From: Verrucomicrobiota bacterium
GTDB lineage: Bacteria; Verrucomicrobiota; Verrucomicrobiia; Chthoniobacterales; UBA10450
Length of the DNA: 64,000 nucleotides
Reading direction: 5' to 3'
NCBI GenBank assembly: GCA_003218395.1
Contig: QHNJ01000163.1
Coordinates: forward strand, 1,676-65,675
This document shows positions 28,089 to 37,985 of the stretch, piece by piece. Made by a program: the position numbers and the translations under genes. The first letter of the stretch is position 1; each line of letters begins with the position of its first letter. The notes under the pieces were generated by a model. It ran no database searches. It had not been told where the DNA came from and saw only the letters and a list, made by a program, of their open reading frames with translations.

Positions 28089-29178
28089 CTAAGTTCTTCC
28101 CGCAAGATCGATCGACATCGCGCGTTCTGTATCCTGATACGAACGCTTTTCTGAATTCGTGGAAGTTTCCATTCTCAATCGCAGCCTGCGCTCGCCTCAT
28201 TAGATCGAGATAAAAATGCAAATTGTGGAGCGTGATCAGGCGGAGTCCGAGGATTTCTTCGGCCTTGATGAGATGCCGAATGTAGCCGCGTGAGAACTCG
28301 GAGCACGCATTGCGCGCAAGCCGGGTAGGTAGCACGCAATCGAACATGTCCATTCCGCGCGCGATCATCTCGAGCAACTGCGGCGGCGTGCCAAGTCCCA
28401 TCGCATAGCGAGGTTTTTCTTTGGCCAAAAAGGGCTCGGTCGATTCGACGGCTCGCATCATTTCCTCCTCCGGCTCGCCCACGCTCACGCCACCAATGGC
28501 ATGGCCATCAAAATCAAGATCGACAATCGCCTGCGCGCTTTCTTTGCGCAGGTCATCAAAGGTCGCGCCTTGAATGATACCGAAGAGAAGTTGATTGGCT
28601 GTAGTGGCGGCTGTGTCAGCCGCAGTTCGCCAACCTGCGCGTGAGACACACACCTCTACAGCTTTTTTGCATCGCTTGGCCCACCGCGTTGTCATCTCGG
28701 CGCTGCGCGCTGCATAATCGCGCTCGCACGGCCACGGCGGGCATTCATCGAGCACCATTGCGATGTCGCTGCCAAGCTTCGCCTGAATTTCCATCGCAAT
28801 CTCCGGCGAAATAAACGCCGGTGTCCCATCGACATGATTCTGAAAATGGACGCCCTCATCCGTGATCTTGCGCAGCTTCGCCAGCGAAAAAATCTGATAA
28901 CCGCCACTATCGGTCAGAATCGCTCCATCCCAATTCATGAACCTGTGCAGCCCGCCGAAATGCTGCATAACATCGATGCCCGGCCTAACAAACAGATGAT
29001 ACGTATTCCCGAGAATGATCTGCGCCTTGAGCTCGCGCAGTTCCCGCGGAGTGACCGCCTTCACGGTGCCTTGCGTCCCAATCGGCATAAACGCCGGCGT
29101 GTGAATCACGCCATGCGCGGTCGTCAATCGTCCGTGCCGCGCTTTCGTATGCCGATCTTGTACGATAAGCTCAAACAT
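28069..29178 (-). CDS. tgt: tRNA-guanine (queuine) transglycosylase with an in-frame internal deletion of the zinc-site region
   Basis: TPAFMPIGTQGTVK, LGNTYHL, DSGGYQ, LFGIIQG, GGVSVGE and MFDCVLPTR are all present. ARNA is followed directly by CSEFSRGYIRHL, so about 31 aa including the CxC of CxCxxC are missing. Confidence 0.85.
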   Translation of the reverse strand: MFELIVQDRHTKARHGRLTTAHGVIHTPAFMPIGTQGTVKAVTPRELRELKAQIILGNTYHLFVRPGIDVMQHFGGLHRFMNWDGAILTDSGGYQIFSLAKLRKITDEGVHFQNHVDGTPAFISPEIAMEIQAKLGSDIAMVLDECPPWPCERDYAARSAEMTTRWAKRCKKAVEVCVSRAGWRTAADTAATTANQLLFGIIQGATFDDLRKESAQAIVDLDFDGHAIGGVSVGEPEEEMMRAVESTEPFLAKEKPRYAMGLGTPPQLLEMIARGMDMFDCVLPTRLARNACSEFSRGYIRHLIKAEEILGLRLITLHNLHFYLDLMRRAQAAIENGNFHEFRKAFVSGYRTRDVDRSCGKNLATDSHR

Positions 29179-29351
29179 CGCGGGTCATCTGCACGTCGCA
29201 TTCATTCACGAAAAGAAACGAATGAACACGAACTGATAACAAGTCTTCCACATTAGCTGGCGTGTTTCCGGATTTTCGTCTTACTTCTGATTAGCGGTTA
29301 ATCCTTGGCTTAGTGTGCATCGCTACCCCAACTCATCGCGCAAAATAGTCT

Positions 29352-29379
29352 TTGCCGCTGATTATTTTCACTCTATATT
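29352..29379 (+). promoter_or_regulatory. candidate sigma70-type promoter for the rpsL operon
   Basis: TTGCCG (29352-29357), a 16-nt spacer, then TATATT (29374-29379), about 100 nt upstream of the rpsL ATG. Called by eye only. Confidence 0.3.
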
Positions 29380-29478
29380 CGCGGCTCACCGCACAGACGC
29401 GTGAAAGGACGTTACGCGGCCTGAGCGGGTTTTTTGTCGCCCCGAGTACGACTTTGGGCGGCGCTTTGTTTAGAGAAA

Positions 29479-29931
29479 ATGCCTACCATTAACCAGCTTA
29501 TTCGAAAAGGGCGGCGGAAGGTGTCGGTGAAATCGAAGTCACCGGCGCTGACTGATTGTCCACAACGGCGCGGTGTGTGCGTGCAGGTGATGACACGCAC
29601 GCCAAAGAAGCCGAATTCTGCCTTGCGCAAAGTGGCGAAGGTCCGCTTGACGAATGGCCAGGAAGTGATTGCCTACATTCCAGGGGAAGGCCACAATTTG
29701 CAGGAGCACTCCATCGTGCTCGTGCGCGGCGGACGCGTGAAGGATTTACCAGGCGTACGTTATCACATTGTGCGCGGAACGCTCGACAGCCTTGGCGTCG
29801 ATGGACGTCGCCGTAGCCGCTCCAAATATGGGGCGAAGCGCCCGAAAGGTGGCGGGGGCGGTGCGGGCGCATCTAAAGCGGCCGCAAAGGAAACGCCCGC
29901 AGCGAGAGAAGGCGCTGCGGAAAAGAAATAA
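29479..29931 (+). CDS. rpsL: 30S ribosomal protein S12 (Gly/Ala/Lys-rich C-terminal extension)
   Basis: [13 protein letters not shown]...[25 protein letters not shown]...[26 protein letters not shown]. Confidence 0.95.
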   Translation: MPTINQLIRKGRRKVSVKSKSPALTDCPQRRGVCVQVMTRTPKKPNSALRKVAKVRLTNGQEVIAYIPGEGHNLQEHSIVLVRGGRVKDLPGVRYHIVRGTLDSLGVDGRRRSRSKYGAKRPKGGGGGAGASKAAAKETPAAREGAAEKK

Positions 29932-29952
29932 TTTTGGATAGAAAGATCGACA

Positions 29953-30426
29953 ATGTCGCGACGGAGGAAGGTTTACAAAAAGGAGGAGCGAGTCGATTCC
30001 CGCTACGGGAGTCCGGCGGTTGCACGCCTCATTACCACGGTCATGAAGCGTGGCAAGAAATCTCTCGCGGAGCGAATCGTTTACACGGCGATCGAGAAAT
30101 CGCGCGAAGGATCTGATTCAGTCGATCCGCTGGAAGTTGTAAACAAGGCGATCGAGAATGTTCGCCCGCGGCTGGAAGTAAAATCGCGCCGCGTCGGTGG
30201 CGCGACTTATCAAGTGCCCATGGAAGTGGCTCCCGCGCGCCAAATTTCACTCGCTACCCGTTGGATCGTCCAATACGCGGATAATCGCAAAGGAATGCGA
30301 ATGGCAGACGCTCTCGCGCGGGAAATCAAAGACGCCGCCACCGGCCAGGGCAACGCGATCAAGAAACGCGAAGACACACACAAGATGGCGCAAGCGAATC
30401 GCGCGTTTGCGCATTTCCGTTGGTGA
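29953..30426 (+). CDS. rpsG: 30S ribosomal protein S7
   Basis: MSRRRK....DSRYGS..V.R.I...M..GKKS.AE.IVY; ...[13 protein letters not shown]. Confidence 0.95.
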   Translation: MSRRRKVYKKEERVDSRYGSPAVARLITTVMKRGKKSLAERIVYTAIEKSREGSDSVDPLEVVNKAIENVRPRLEVKSRRVGGATYQVPMEVAPARQISLATRWIVQYADNRKGMRMADALAREIKDAATGQGNAIKKREDTHKMAQANRAFAHFRW

Positions 30427-30431
30427 CGATT

Positions 30432-32606
30432 ATGCCCGCGACGCTCGAACAAAAACCTGCCGCGAAGAATCCGAATTCGCCTAATCGCAAGTTCCCGCTC
30501 GAGCGGACGCGGAACATTGGAATCGCCGCGCACATTGATGCCGGCAAAACGACACTGACGGAGCGCGTTCTGTTTTACACCGGTATGATCCACAAGATCG
30601 GCGAAGTGCACGAAGGCACCACCGTGACCGATTGGATGGAACAGGAGCGCGAGCGTGGGATTACGATTACTTCGGCGGCGACGACCTGTGCGTGGACGCA
30701 GCGTCAAGAGCCAGGCGTTTACAAGATTTTCGAGGGTATCAAGCAGCGCATTAATATCATTGACACGCCCGGCCACGTGGATTTCACCGCGGAAGTTGAG
30801 CGTTCGCTTCGAGTGCTCGATGGAGCGATTGCGGTGTTCGATGCCGTTGCCGGCGTGCAGCCACAATCTGAGACCGTTTGGAGGCAGGCGACTAAATACA
30901 ATGTCCCGTGCATCGCGTTCATCAACAAAATGGACCGTGTCGGTGCTGACTTTAAGATGTCGATCGACAGCATGCGCCAAAAACTCGGCGCAAACGCCTG
31001 GCCGGTTTTGCTTCCACTCGGCAAAGAGGATCAGTTCAAAGGCCAGATCGACATCATTAATAAGAAGGCGGTCATTTATTCGGACAGCGATCAGCTAGGG
31101 TCGACGTATGAACTTGCAGATGTTCCAAAAGAGTATGTCGATCTTGTCGATAAAGCTTATGCCGACCTCGTCGAACAAATTTCAAATCTCGACGACGAAG
31201 TCGCGGAGGCTGTTCTCGAAGAAAAGCCGGTCCCACCCGAGTTGCTGAAAGCGGGTATTCGGCGCCAAACCATCGCGAACAAGTTTGTGCCGGTCGTTGC
31301 CGGTTCTGCACTCAAGAATAAAGGCGTGCAGTACCTGGTCGATGCGGTAGTCGATTATCTGCCGAGCCCGCTCGATATTCCGCCAGCGAAAGGTCAGGAC
31401 CCGGACACGGGCGAAAAGATCGAAGCGCCGACCGATGACAACGGCAATTTTTGTTCGCTCGCCTTCAAGCTTTGGAGCGATCCGTTTGTCGGCAAGCTTG
31501 TCTTCTTTCGTGTTTATTCCGGCACACTTTCGAAAGGCGACACGGTTTACAATCCGCGCACGAACAAGCGCGAACGCATTTCGCGTTTGATCCAAATCCA
31601 GGCCGACAAACGCGAGGATATCGAAACCTGTTACTCAGGCGATATCGCGGCCATCGTCGGCATTAAGAATATCACCACGGGCGACACTCTGTGCGACGAA
31701 GACTATCCGATCCTGCTCGAGCCGCCGACGTTTCCTGATCCCGTCATATCAATGGCCATCGAGCCAAAGACAAAATTGGATCAGGAAAAGATGGGTGTCG
31801 CGCTGCAACGTCTTGCCGAAGAAGATCCAACGTTCCGCGTTTACACGCACGAAGACACCGGCCAAACGATCATCGCCGGCATGGGCGAATTGCATCTGGA
31901 GATCATTCGCGATCGTATGTTCCGCGAGTTCAAAGTCGACGCGAACGCGGGCAAACCGCAGATCGCGTATCGCGAAACGATTACCAGCTACGCGCACGGC
32001 GTCGGTAAGTTGATCAAACAATCCGGTGGTCGCGGTCAATACGGCCACGTCGAAGTAGATGTGCGTCCCGGCTCTCGAAGCAGCGGCTTGGTCGTCGAAA
32101 ATAAAATCGTCGGCGGCATTATTCCGCGGGAGTACATTCCCGCAGTCAAGAAAGGCATCGAAGAAGCGGTGCTCAACGGCGTGCTGGGCGGTTACCCCGT
32201 TGTCGATGTTGAGGTCGACATTGTTTATGGAAGTTTTCACGAAGTCGATTCCAGCGAACTGGCGTTTAAGCTGGCAGCGATTTTCGCGATGAAAGACGGC
32301 TTCAAACAGGGTAAGCCGATCCTGCTCGAGCCGATCATGAAGGTGGAAAACATCACACCAGAGGAATTTCAAGGCGACATTTGCGGAGATCTGAGCCGAC
32401 GGCGCGGCAGCATCAATAGCATAGAAACCAGAGGCCATCTGGCGATTATTCACGCCGAAGTTCCGCTTGCTGAACTCTTCGGCTACGCAACCGCGATTCG
32501 TTCGCTCTCCAAAGGCCGCTCGAGTTATTCGATGGAACCGTCGCATTTTCAGCAAGTGCCGCAGAATCTGGTGGCGGCGATTCTTGATCAAAAGGAGACG
32601 AAATGA
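30432..32606 (+). CDS. fusA: translation elongation factor G
   Basis: G1 [10 protein letters not shown]3 DTPGHVDF, G4 NKMD, plus domains II-V (e.g. [17 protein letters not shown]). Confidence 0.95.
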   Translation: MPATLEQKPAAKNPNSPNRKFPLERTRNIGIAAHIDAGKTTLTERVLFYTGMIHKIGEVHEGTTVTDWMEQERERGITITSAATTCAWTQRQEPGVYKIFEGIKQRINIIDTPGHVDFTAEVERSLRVLDGAIAVFDAVAGVQPQSETVWRQATKYNVPCIAFINKMDRVGADFKMSIDSMRQKLGANAWPVLLPLGKEDQFKGQIDIINKKAVIYSDSDQLGSTYELADVPKEYVDLVDKAYADLVEQISNLDDEVAEAVLEEKPVPPELLKAGIRRQTIANKFVPVVAGSALKNKGVQYLVDAVVDYLPSPLDIPPAKGQDPDTGEKIEAPTDDNGNFCSLAFKLWSDPFVGKLVFFRVYSGTLSKGDTVYNPRTNKRERISRLIQIQADKREDIETCYSGDIAAIVGIKNITTGDTLCDEDYPILLEPPTFPDPVISMAIEPKTKLDQEKMGVALQRLAEEDPTFRVYTHEDTGQTIIAGMGELHLEIIRDRMFREFKVDANAGKPQIAYRETITSYAHGVGKLIKQSGGRGQYGHVEVDVRPGSRSSGLVVENKIVGGIIPREYIPAVKKGIEEAVLNGVLGGYPVVDVEVDIVYGSFHEVDSSELAFKLAAIFAMKDGFKQGKPILLEPIMKVENITPEEFQGDICGDLSRRRGSINSIETRGHLAIIHAEVPLAELFGYATAIRSLSKGRSSYSMEPSHFQQVPQNLVAAILDQKETK

Positions 32607-32914
32607 GCAACGGCCAGCGCATTCGTATTCGCTTGAAGGCATTCGATCATCGAATGCTCGATCAATCTGCAGTCGAGATCGTCGAAACCGCCAAGCGCAC
32701 TGTCGCACGAGTGGCCGGACCGACTCCGCTGCCGACATTGATCGAGAAATTCACGGTGAATCGCTCGCCGCATGTCGATAAAAAGTCGATGGAGCAATTT
32801 GAAATTCGCACTCACAAGCGGTTGCTCGACATCATTGAACCGACGGCGAAAACGGTGGATGAACTAAAGAAATTAAATTTGCCTGCGGGCGTTGATATTA
32901 CGATTAAGATTTAA
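32603..32914 (+). CDS. rpsJ: 30S ribosomal protein S10
   Basis: [14 protein letters not shown]...[16 protein letters not shown]...[24 protein letters not shown]. Confidence 0.95.
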   Translation: MSNGQRIRIRLKAFDHRMLDQSAVEIVETAKRTVARVAGPTPLPTLIEKFTVNRSPHVDKKSMEQFEIRTHKRLLDIIEPTAKTVDELKKLNLPAGVDITIKI

Positions 32915-32951
32915 GCGGAGGGGCTTCTGAAAGATTTGCAAACCCACGATC

Positions 32952-33665
32952 ATGAGCATCGGGCTTCTCGGACAAAAAATCGGCATGACCAGCGTTTACG
33001 ACGCCAGAGGTCGATTGTGTCCCGTGACCGTGATCGCGGCGGGCGATAATGTTTTACTGCGTCGCTTGACCGAGAAAAACGAGGGCTATTCGGCCGTGCA
33101 GGTTGGGTTCTACTCGCAAAAGGAATCGCGTGTCACCAAACCATTGCTTGGCGAATTCAAGAAGACCGGCGTCGGGCCGCAAAGATTTGTGCGGGAGTTT
33201 CGCCTGACAAACGATCTTCCCGAAGGCGAGATCAATTTAAGCGTCACGCAATTTCAGGCAGGCGACTATGTCGATGTGATTGGCCGCTCGAAAGGCAAAG
33301 GGTTTCAAGGCGTGATGAAGAGACACAACTTTCACGGACAAGGCGCGGCGCACGGGTCGAAGACACACCGGCGCATCGGCGCTGTGGGCAATCGATCTAC
33401 GCCGGGACGCATTTGGAAAAATATGGGGATGCCGGGGCATCTGGGGGACGAGCGTGTGACCGTGCAGAATCTTCAGGTCATGCAAGTGCGTGAGACTGAA
33501 AAAGTGATTTTGATTAGCGGTGCGGTGCCCGGAGCAAACGGTAGTTTTGTTGTCGTCCGTCCGGCCATCAAGAAACCGACAGCAGCAAAGCCAGAAGCGG
33601 CTAAGAAACCAGAAGCCGTAAAGACATCAGAGGCAACGAAGGAGATGGAGGCAGCCAGGAAATGA
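32952..33665 (+). CDS. rplC: 50S ribosomal protein L3 (Lys/Ala/Glu-rich C-terminal extension)
   Basis: GLLG.KIGMT.V......PVTVI......GKGFQGVMKRHNF.G..A.HG....HR..G..G....PGR...G..MPGH.G. Confidence 0.95.
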   Translation: MSIGLLGQKIGMTSVYDARGRLCPVTVIAAGDNVLLRRLTEKNEGYSAVQVGFYSQKESRVTKPLLGEFKKTGVGPQRFVREFRLTNDLPEGEINLSVTQFQAGDYVDVIGRSKGKGFQGVMKRHNFHGQGAAHGSKTHRRIGAVGNRSTPGRIWKNMGMPGHLGDERVTVQNLQVMQVRETEKVILISGAVPGANGSFVVVRPAIKKPTAAKPEAAKKPEAVKTSEATKEMEAARK

Positions 33666-34297
33666 GCGCGAACGTTTTGACCAAAGCTGCTGCGCAAGAG
33701 GCAAAGATCGAGATCATCGAAAACGGACGCGGCACGCAAGTCGTCCATGACGCGGTCGTCGCCATGCGCGCGGCACGCCGTTCCGGTTCGGCCAATACGA
33801 AAACAAAAGCCGAAGTGAATCTGTCCGGTGCAAAACCCTGGCGACAAAAAGGAACCGGCCGCGCCCGGGCCGGTTACAAATCGTCGCCGATTTGGCGGGG
33901 TGGTGGCGTCGTTTTCGGGCCAAAGCCGCGTGATTATTCCAAAAAGATCTCAAAATCCGTGCGACGTCTCGCTTTTCGAAAGGCACTGAGCGAGCGGATC
34001 AACGCCGGGGATGTTTTGACAATCGACAAATTCGTCGTGCCAGAACTGAAGACGAAGTCGTTTCTGGCGTTGCTGAAAAAACAAACGGACGCACGGAAGG
34101 TCTTGTTGATCTCAGATGCATTTGATGAAACGACCTTCAAGTCAGCGCGCAACGTTAAACCGGTGACGCTCGCGGCCGCTTCTGATGTAAACGTAGAGCA
34201 ATTGCTTGCCTTCGAGAAAATTCTCGTCACCCAGAAGGCGCTGGAAAAATTAGCGGAGAGAACCCGTCCAGTGGGCAGCCACGGGGCTACGGAATAA
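33662..34297 (+). CDS. rplD: 50S ribosomal protein L4
   Basis: SGAKPWRQKGTGRARAG...SPIWRGGGVVFGPKPRDY. Its position in the S10 operon supports the call. Confidence 0.93.
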   Translation: MSANVLTKAAAQEAKIEIIENGRGTQVVHDAVVAMRAARRSGSANTKTKAEVNLSGAKPWRQKGTGRARAGYKSSPIWRGGGVVFGPKPRDYSKKISKSVRRLAFRKALSERINAGDVLTIDKFVVPELKTKSFLALLKKQTDARKVLLISDAFDETTFKSARNVKPVTLAAASDVNVEQLLAFEKILVTQKALEKLAERTRPVGSHGATE

Positions 34298-34301
34298 AGC
34301 A

Positions 34302-34583
34302 ATGAACGAGCCGCACGAGATTATTCAAACTGCTTCGTTAACGGAAAAGTCGACGTTGATGGGCGAAAAGCAGAATAAGTACGTCTTTCGCGTCAGCCCG
34401 CGCGCGAACAAAATTCAGATCAAGAACGCAATTGAACGGTTGTTTCAAAAGAAAGTGGTTGATGTGAACACGTGCAATTACACCGGCAAAGAGAAACGCG
34501 TGCGCGGGCCGTTGGGACGACGCCCGCACTGGAAGAAGGCCATCGTGACGCTCGCGGAAGGGGAAAAGATCGACCTAGTATGA
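34302..34583 (+). CDS. rplW: 50S ribosomal protein L23
   Basis: I....LTEKST......NKYVF.V...ANK.QIK.A.E.LF..KV..VNT. Confidence 0.93.
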   Translation: MNEPHEIIQTASLTEKSTLMGEKQNKYVFRVSPRANKIQIKNAIERLFQKKVVDVNTCNYTGKEKRVRGPLGRRPHWKKAIVTLAEGEKIDLV

Positions 34584-34611
34584 GCAAGCGCTCCATCACT
34601 CCATTCTTATC

Positions 34612-35460
34612 ATGGCACTAAAAAATTATCGCCCGCTTACGCCGACGCTGCGCTTTAAGTCGCTGCCGGGCTTCGATGAAATCACCAAGTGGCGGCCGGC
34701 CAAAAGCCTCGTTGAGCCGAAGAAAAAAACCGGCGGCCGTAATAATTACGGACGGCTGACATCGCGGCACATTGGCGGTGGTCACAAACAGAAATATCGC
34801 AAGGTCGATTTCAAGCGGCGCAAACGCGGTGTTGCCGCCGAAGTGATCGCGATCGAGTACGATCCGAACCGTTCCGCGCGCATTGCTCTCATTAAATATG
34901 CGGATGGCGAGCTGAATTACATTCTTGCGCCGAGTGGACTTCGAGTCGGATCGACGGTCGCCGCCGGGAACGATGTCGCGCCGGATTTGGGAAACGCGCT
35001 GCCGCTTTGCGCGATTCCGCTCGGCACCAACATTCACAATATTGAACTGAGTCCGGGCCGCGGCGGTCAGGTTGCGCGGAGTGCCGGGCAGCAGGCAACG
35101 TTAAATAACCTCGAAGGCGGTTACGCGCTGGTGAAAATGCCCTCCGGCGAGATCCGACGGATTCACGAAAATTGTTTCGCGACGATCGGCCAGGTGGGAA
35201 ACGTCGATCACATAAATGTGTCGAGTGGCAAAGCGGGGCGGACGCGCTGGCAGGGACGGCGCCCGCATGTGCGCGGGATGGCGATGAACCCGATCGATCA
35301 TCCGATGGGCGGCGGTCAGGGGAAATCAAAAGGCGGCGGCGGCCGGCATCATCCAGTCAGCCCATGGGGGCAATTGGCAAAAGGATTTAAAACGCGGAGC
35401 AAACACAAACCGAGCGATCGTTTCATTTTAGAAAGGAGAAGGTCGAAGAAGAAAGCGTGA
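34612..35460 (+). CDS. rplB: 50S ribosomal protein L2
   Basis: GRNN.GR.T.RH.GGGHK..YR..DFKR; ...[12 protein letters not shown]; ...MNP.DHP.GGG.G. Confidence 0.95.
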   Translation: MALKNYRPLTPTLRFKSLPGFDEITKWRPAKSLVEPKKKTGGRNNYGRLTSRHIGGGHKQKYRKVDFKRRKRGVAAEVIAIEYDPNRSARIALIKYADGELNYILAPSGLRVGSTVAAGNDVAPDLGNALPLCAIPLGTNIHNIELSPGRGGQVARSAGQQATLNNLEGGYALVKMPSGEIRRIHENCFATIGQVGNVDHINVSSGKAGRTRWQGRRPHVRGMAMNPIDHPMGGGQGKSKGGGGRHHPVSPWGQLAKGFKTRSKHKPSDRFILERRRSKKKA

Positions 35461-35501
35461 TGTTCTGTAGTTGCGGCCCTGTTTGGCACGGGGAATCCGT
35501 C

Positions 35502-35546
35502 CTGTAGGGATGCATCGCGCACGCGCCGCACAGAGGCGCGCTACAA
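35502..35546 (-). repeat. GTAG+hairpin REP unit (variant) in the rplB-rpsS spacer
   Basis: The minus strand reads TGTAGC-GCGCC-TCTGTGC-GGCGC-GTGCGCGATGCATCCCTACA. The 103-nt spacer inside the S10 operon is otherwise unexplained. Confidence 0.55.
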
Positions 35547-35563
35547 GTTGTCATTTGCAATTT

Positions 35564-35842
35564 ATGGCTAGATCGTTGAAGAAAGGACCCTTCGTCGAAT
35601 CGCATCTTTTGGAGAAGATCGACAAGATGAATAGTGCGGGCGCAAAGAAACCGATCAAAACCTGGTCGCGGCGTTCGATGGTGACACCGGATTTTGTCGG
35701 CCACACGTTTTTGGTGCACAACGGAAAGACCTTTAACTCCGTTTTCATCACTGAGAACATGGTCGGTCATAAGCTCGGTGAATTTTCACCGACGCGCGTG
35801 TTCAAGAAACATGGTTCGCACACGGCGAAGGTGGCGAAGTAA
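35564..35842 (+). CDS. rpsS: 30S ribosomal protein S19
   Basis: [15 protein letters not shown]........[20 protein letters not shown].....[15 protein letters not shown]. Confidence 0.95.
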   Translation: MARSLKKGPFVESHLLEKIDKMNSAGAKKPIKTWSRRSMVTPDFVGHTFLVHNGKTFNSVFITENMVGHKLGEFSPTRVFKKHGSHTAKVAK

Positions 35843-35891
35843 TGTGAATTTTCGATTTTCGACTTTCGATTTTCGATTGCCCAAATGGGCA

Positions 35892-36683
35892 ATGAGTCGG
35901 GGATCGATGATCATGTTTGTTGGCCTGTTGCCGGTCGGAAGGCTGGCGGCAGAGGGAGATAGTTCTTTGTCAGAATCCAAAGTTGAAAACGCGGAACACG
36001 CAGTGACGGCGGGGGCGTTGCTCGTACAAAACGAAGAGCTGCGCAGGCAGTTGTCCGTTGAGCAGGAATCGCTCAAGGCCTTGACGAGCAGCTTGGCGGA
36101 ATCCAACGCGGAAGCGGAATTGTTTCGCCGCAAGTATTCCGATTTGGAATTGCGGATGGAAGCGCTGGGTCTGGCTTCAGCGAGTAAAGATCGCGCGAAG
36201 CTGGAGCAACGCTTGCTGGCGGCTGTGAGCGATCTTCAACTCGCACAGAAGGAACGCGATGAGTATCGCGATCAGATGTTGCGGCTGAACGAGGCGATGT
36301 TGCGTTATCTGAAAACGTCGCAGGGTGGTGACGCGCAAGCGCGCATGGAGGTAGAAACGCAATTGCGCAGCATGAATAATCTCGTGACAAGATCGGCCAG
36401 CGCGCCGGATTCGGCGGAACCGAGTTTGCTGGATGGGAGCGTCATTAGTGTGAAGGACGAGTGGTCGTTCGTGGTCGGCAACCTTGGCGAAAAACAGGGT
36501 GTAAAAATCGGCATGCCGATGCGCGTAATGCGCAACGATCGGAAGATCGCGACGCTGCGAGTGGTCGACGTGCGGCAGAAAATTTGCGGCGCCGTGATTC
36601 AAGAAATGGATTCGGAGAAGGAAAAGATAAGAATAGGGGATCGCCTCCAGGTGGATGCGCAGTCGAATGTGAGCTTGAAATAA
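35892..36683 (+). CDS. non-ribosomal coiled-coil protein with N-terminal hydrophobic segment and C-terminal beta-rich domain, inserted between rpsS and rplV
   Basis: 263-aa ORF. MIMFVGLLPVGRLAA may be an anchor or signal. About 130 aa have heptad-like coiled-coil character (LRRQLSVEQESLKALTSSLAESNAEAELFRRKYSDLELRMEAL...). The C-terminus is GSVISVKDEWSFVVGNLGEKQGVKIGMPMRVMRNDRKIATLRVVDV. Confidence 0.6.
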   Translation: MSRGSMIMFVGLLPVGRLAAEGDSSLSESKVENAEHAVTAGALLVQNEELRRQLSVEQESLKALTSSLAESNAEAELFRRKYSDLELRMEALGLASASKDRAKLEQRLLAAVSDLQLAQKERDEYRDQMLRLNEAMLRYLKTSQGGDAQARMEVETQLRSMNNLVTRSASAPDSAEPSLLDGSVISVKDEWSFVVGNLGEKQGVKIGMPMRVMRNDRKIATLRVVDVRQKICGAVIQEMDSEKEKIRIGDRLQVDAQSNVSLK

Positions 36684-36794
36684 TAGAAGTTAAGAAGGTT
36701 AAAAGAGTAATAAGGGTTGCATCGCTAAGACGGGAGGACGTTGCCGTTGTAACGTTGTAACCTTTTGACCCTTTTGACGTCATGACGAAGTAAC

Positions 36795-37286
36795 ATGGAA
36801 GTGAGATCAATATATAAATATGCGCGGATTTCGCCGTTCAAGGTGCGCGAAGTCACGCGTGAGATCCAGGGTCTGCCGGTTTCGGCCGCACTCGATCTTC
36901 TCGCGTTCACTCCAAAAAAAGCCGCATTTCTGATCGGCAAAACGCTCAAGAGCGCAATCGCCAATGCGGAGAACAACGCGAACTTGAAACCGGATGGATT
37001 GGTCGTGAAGGAGGCGATTGTCGGCGAAGGCCCGACGCTCAAGCGGATCATGGCGCGCGCGCGGGGAAGCACCAGCCGAATTTTGAAGCGCACGAGCCAC
37101 ATCCGCATTGTGCTATCGGACGAAATTCCAATTGAGACGCGCGAGACGCAAAAAGCGAAACGAGAACAGGGAAAGAAAGAATTAAAGAAGCAAGCAACAG
37201 CCGGTGAGACGGCCGAAGCACCGACAACCTCAGCGGCGGAAAAGAGGCGCAAGGTAAAGAAGGCCGGAAAGAAAGCGAAAAGGTAA
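36795..37286 (+). CDS. rplV: 50S ribosomal protein L22 (Lys/Glu-rich C-terminal extension of about 50 aa)
   Basis: A..KY.RISP.K.R.V...I.G..V..AL..L.F.PKKAA....K.L.SA.ANAE.N......L.V.....EGP.LKR...RA.G....I.KRTSHI. Confidence 0.93.
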   Translation: MEVRSIYKYARISPFKVREVTREIQGLPVSAALDLLAFTPKKAAFLIGKTLKSAIANAENNANLKPDGLVVKEAIVGEGPTLKRIMARARGSTSRILKRTSHIRIVLSDEIPIETRETQKAKREQGKKELKKQATAGETAEAPTTSAAEKRRKVKKAGKKAKR

Positions 37287-37289
37287 TTT

Positions 37290-37973
37290 ATGGGACAAAA
37301 AGTTAATCCAATTGGGTTTCGCCTCGGCGTCAATCGCGACTGGCGTTCGCGTTGGTACGCCTCGCCGCAGGAACTTCCGGCATTCTTGCACAGCGATCTG
37401 GCGATTCGCAAGTATGTGAAGAAAAAACTGCAGTTCGCTGCCGTCTCGAAAATTGTGATTGAGCGGGCGTGGAACAGTATTCGAGTGACAATTTTCACCG
37501 CGCGTCCCGGGATTGTGATTGGGCGCAAAGGCGCTGAGATCGAAAAGATGACGGAGGAGATCTCGAAAATGGCGCAAGGCAAGCAAGTCAAGATCGACAT
37601 CCAGGAGATCAAGACTCCGGAGCTGGATGCGCAACTGGTCGCAGAGAACGTCGCGCTGCAAATTGAGCGGCGCATCGCTTATCGTCGCGCGATGAAGAAA
37701 GCGGTGCAGACTGCAATGGATTTTGATGCGGATGGTATTCGTCTGCGTTGTTCGGGGCGTCTCAACGGCGCGGAGATCTCGCGGTCGGAATGGTACCGGG
37801 AAGGCAAAGTTCCTCTGCACACGCTGCGAACGGCAGTCGATTATGGATTTGCCGAAGCCAACACAGTTTACGGCAAGATTGGCGTGAAATGTTGGATTTG
37901 TAAGAAGGAAGAACCGGCAGCTCAGCCCGCTACGCCACCACCACCACCGCTGCCAGTTCCTGAGGAAGTTTAA
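37290..37973 (+). CDS. rpsC: 30S ribosomal protein S3
   Basis: [20 protein letters not shown]; KH domain; ...GRL.GAEI.R.EWYREG.VPLHTLRA.DY. Confidence 0.95.
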   Translation: MGQKVNPIGFRLGVNRDWRSRWYASPQELPAFLHSDLAIRKYVKKKLQFAAVSKIVIERAWNSIRVTIFTARPGIVIGRKGAEIEKMTEEISKMAQGKQVKIDIQEIKTPELDAQLVAENVALQIERRIAYRRAMKKAVQTAMDFDADGIRLRCSGRLNGAEISRSEWYREGKVPLHTLRTAVDYGFAEANTVYGKIGVKCWICKKEEPAAQPATPPPPPLPVPEEV

Positions 37974-37985
37974 GGAGGAGTCGTT

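Noticed and set aside
29434-29478. The upstream Met extensions proposed by the ORF track for rpsL (shown here). The same applies to fusA (30420), rpsS (35471), rpsQ (38518), rplF (40604) and rplO (42032).
   Set aside because: In each case an internal ATG yields the canonical conserved N-terminus, for example MPTINQL and [10 protein letters not shown]. The extensions overlap upstream genes or repeats.
31749-32738. A 329-aa ORF on the minus strand. Similar long antisense ORFs occur at 30210..30980, 36725..37675, 38209..39045, 43258..44040, 50212..51033, 22285..23007 and 9378..10127.
   Set aside because: All lie entirely antisense to strongly recognisable genes (fusA, rplV/rpsC, rplP-rpsQ, secY, mqnE-like, hemC, the M20 peptidase). 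Their composition is Arg/Ala-rich and low in complexity, as is typical of shadow ORFs in GC-rich DNA.
35694-35891. The N-terminal 66 codons of track ORF 35694..36683, which would overlap rpsS.
   Set aside because: This part lies out of frame inside rpsS and then in a TTTCGAYT tandem repeat. The ATG at 35892 gives a sensible start.
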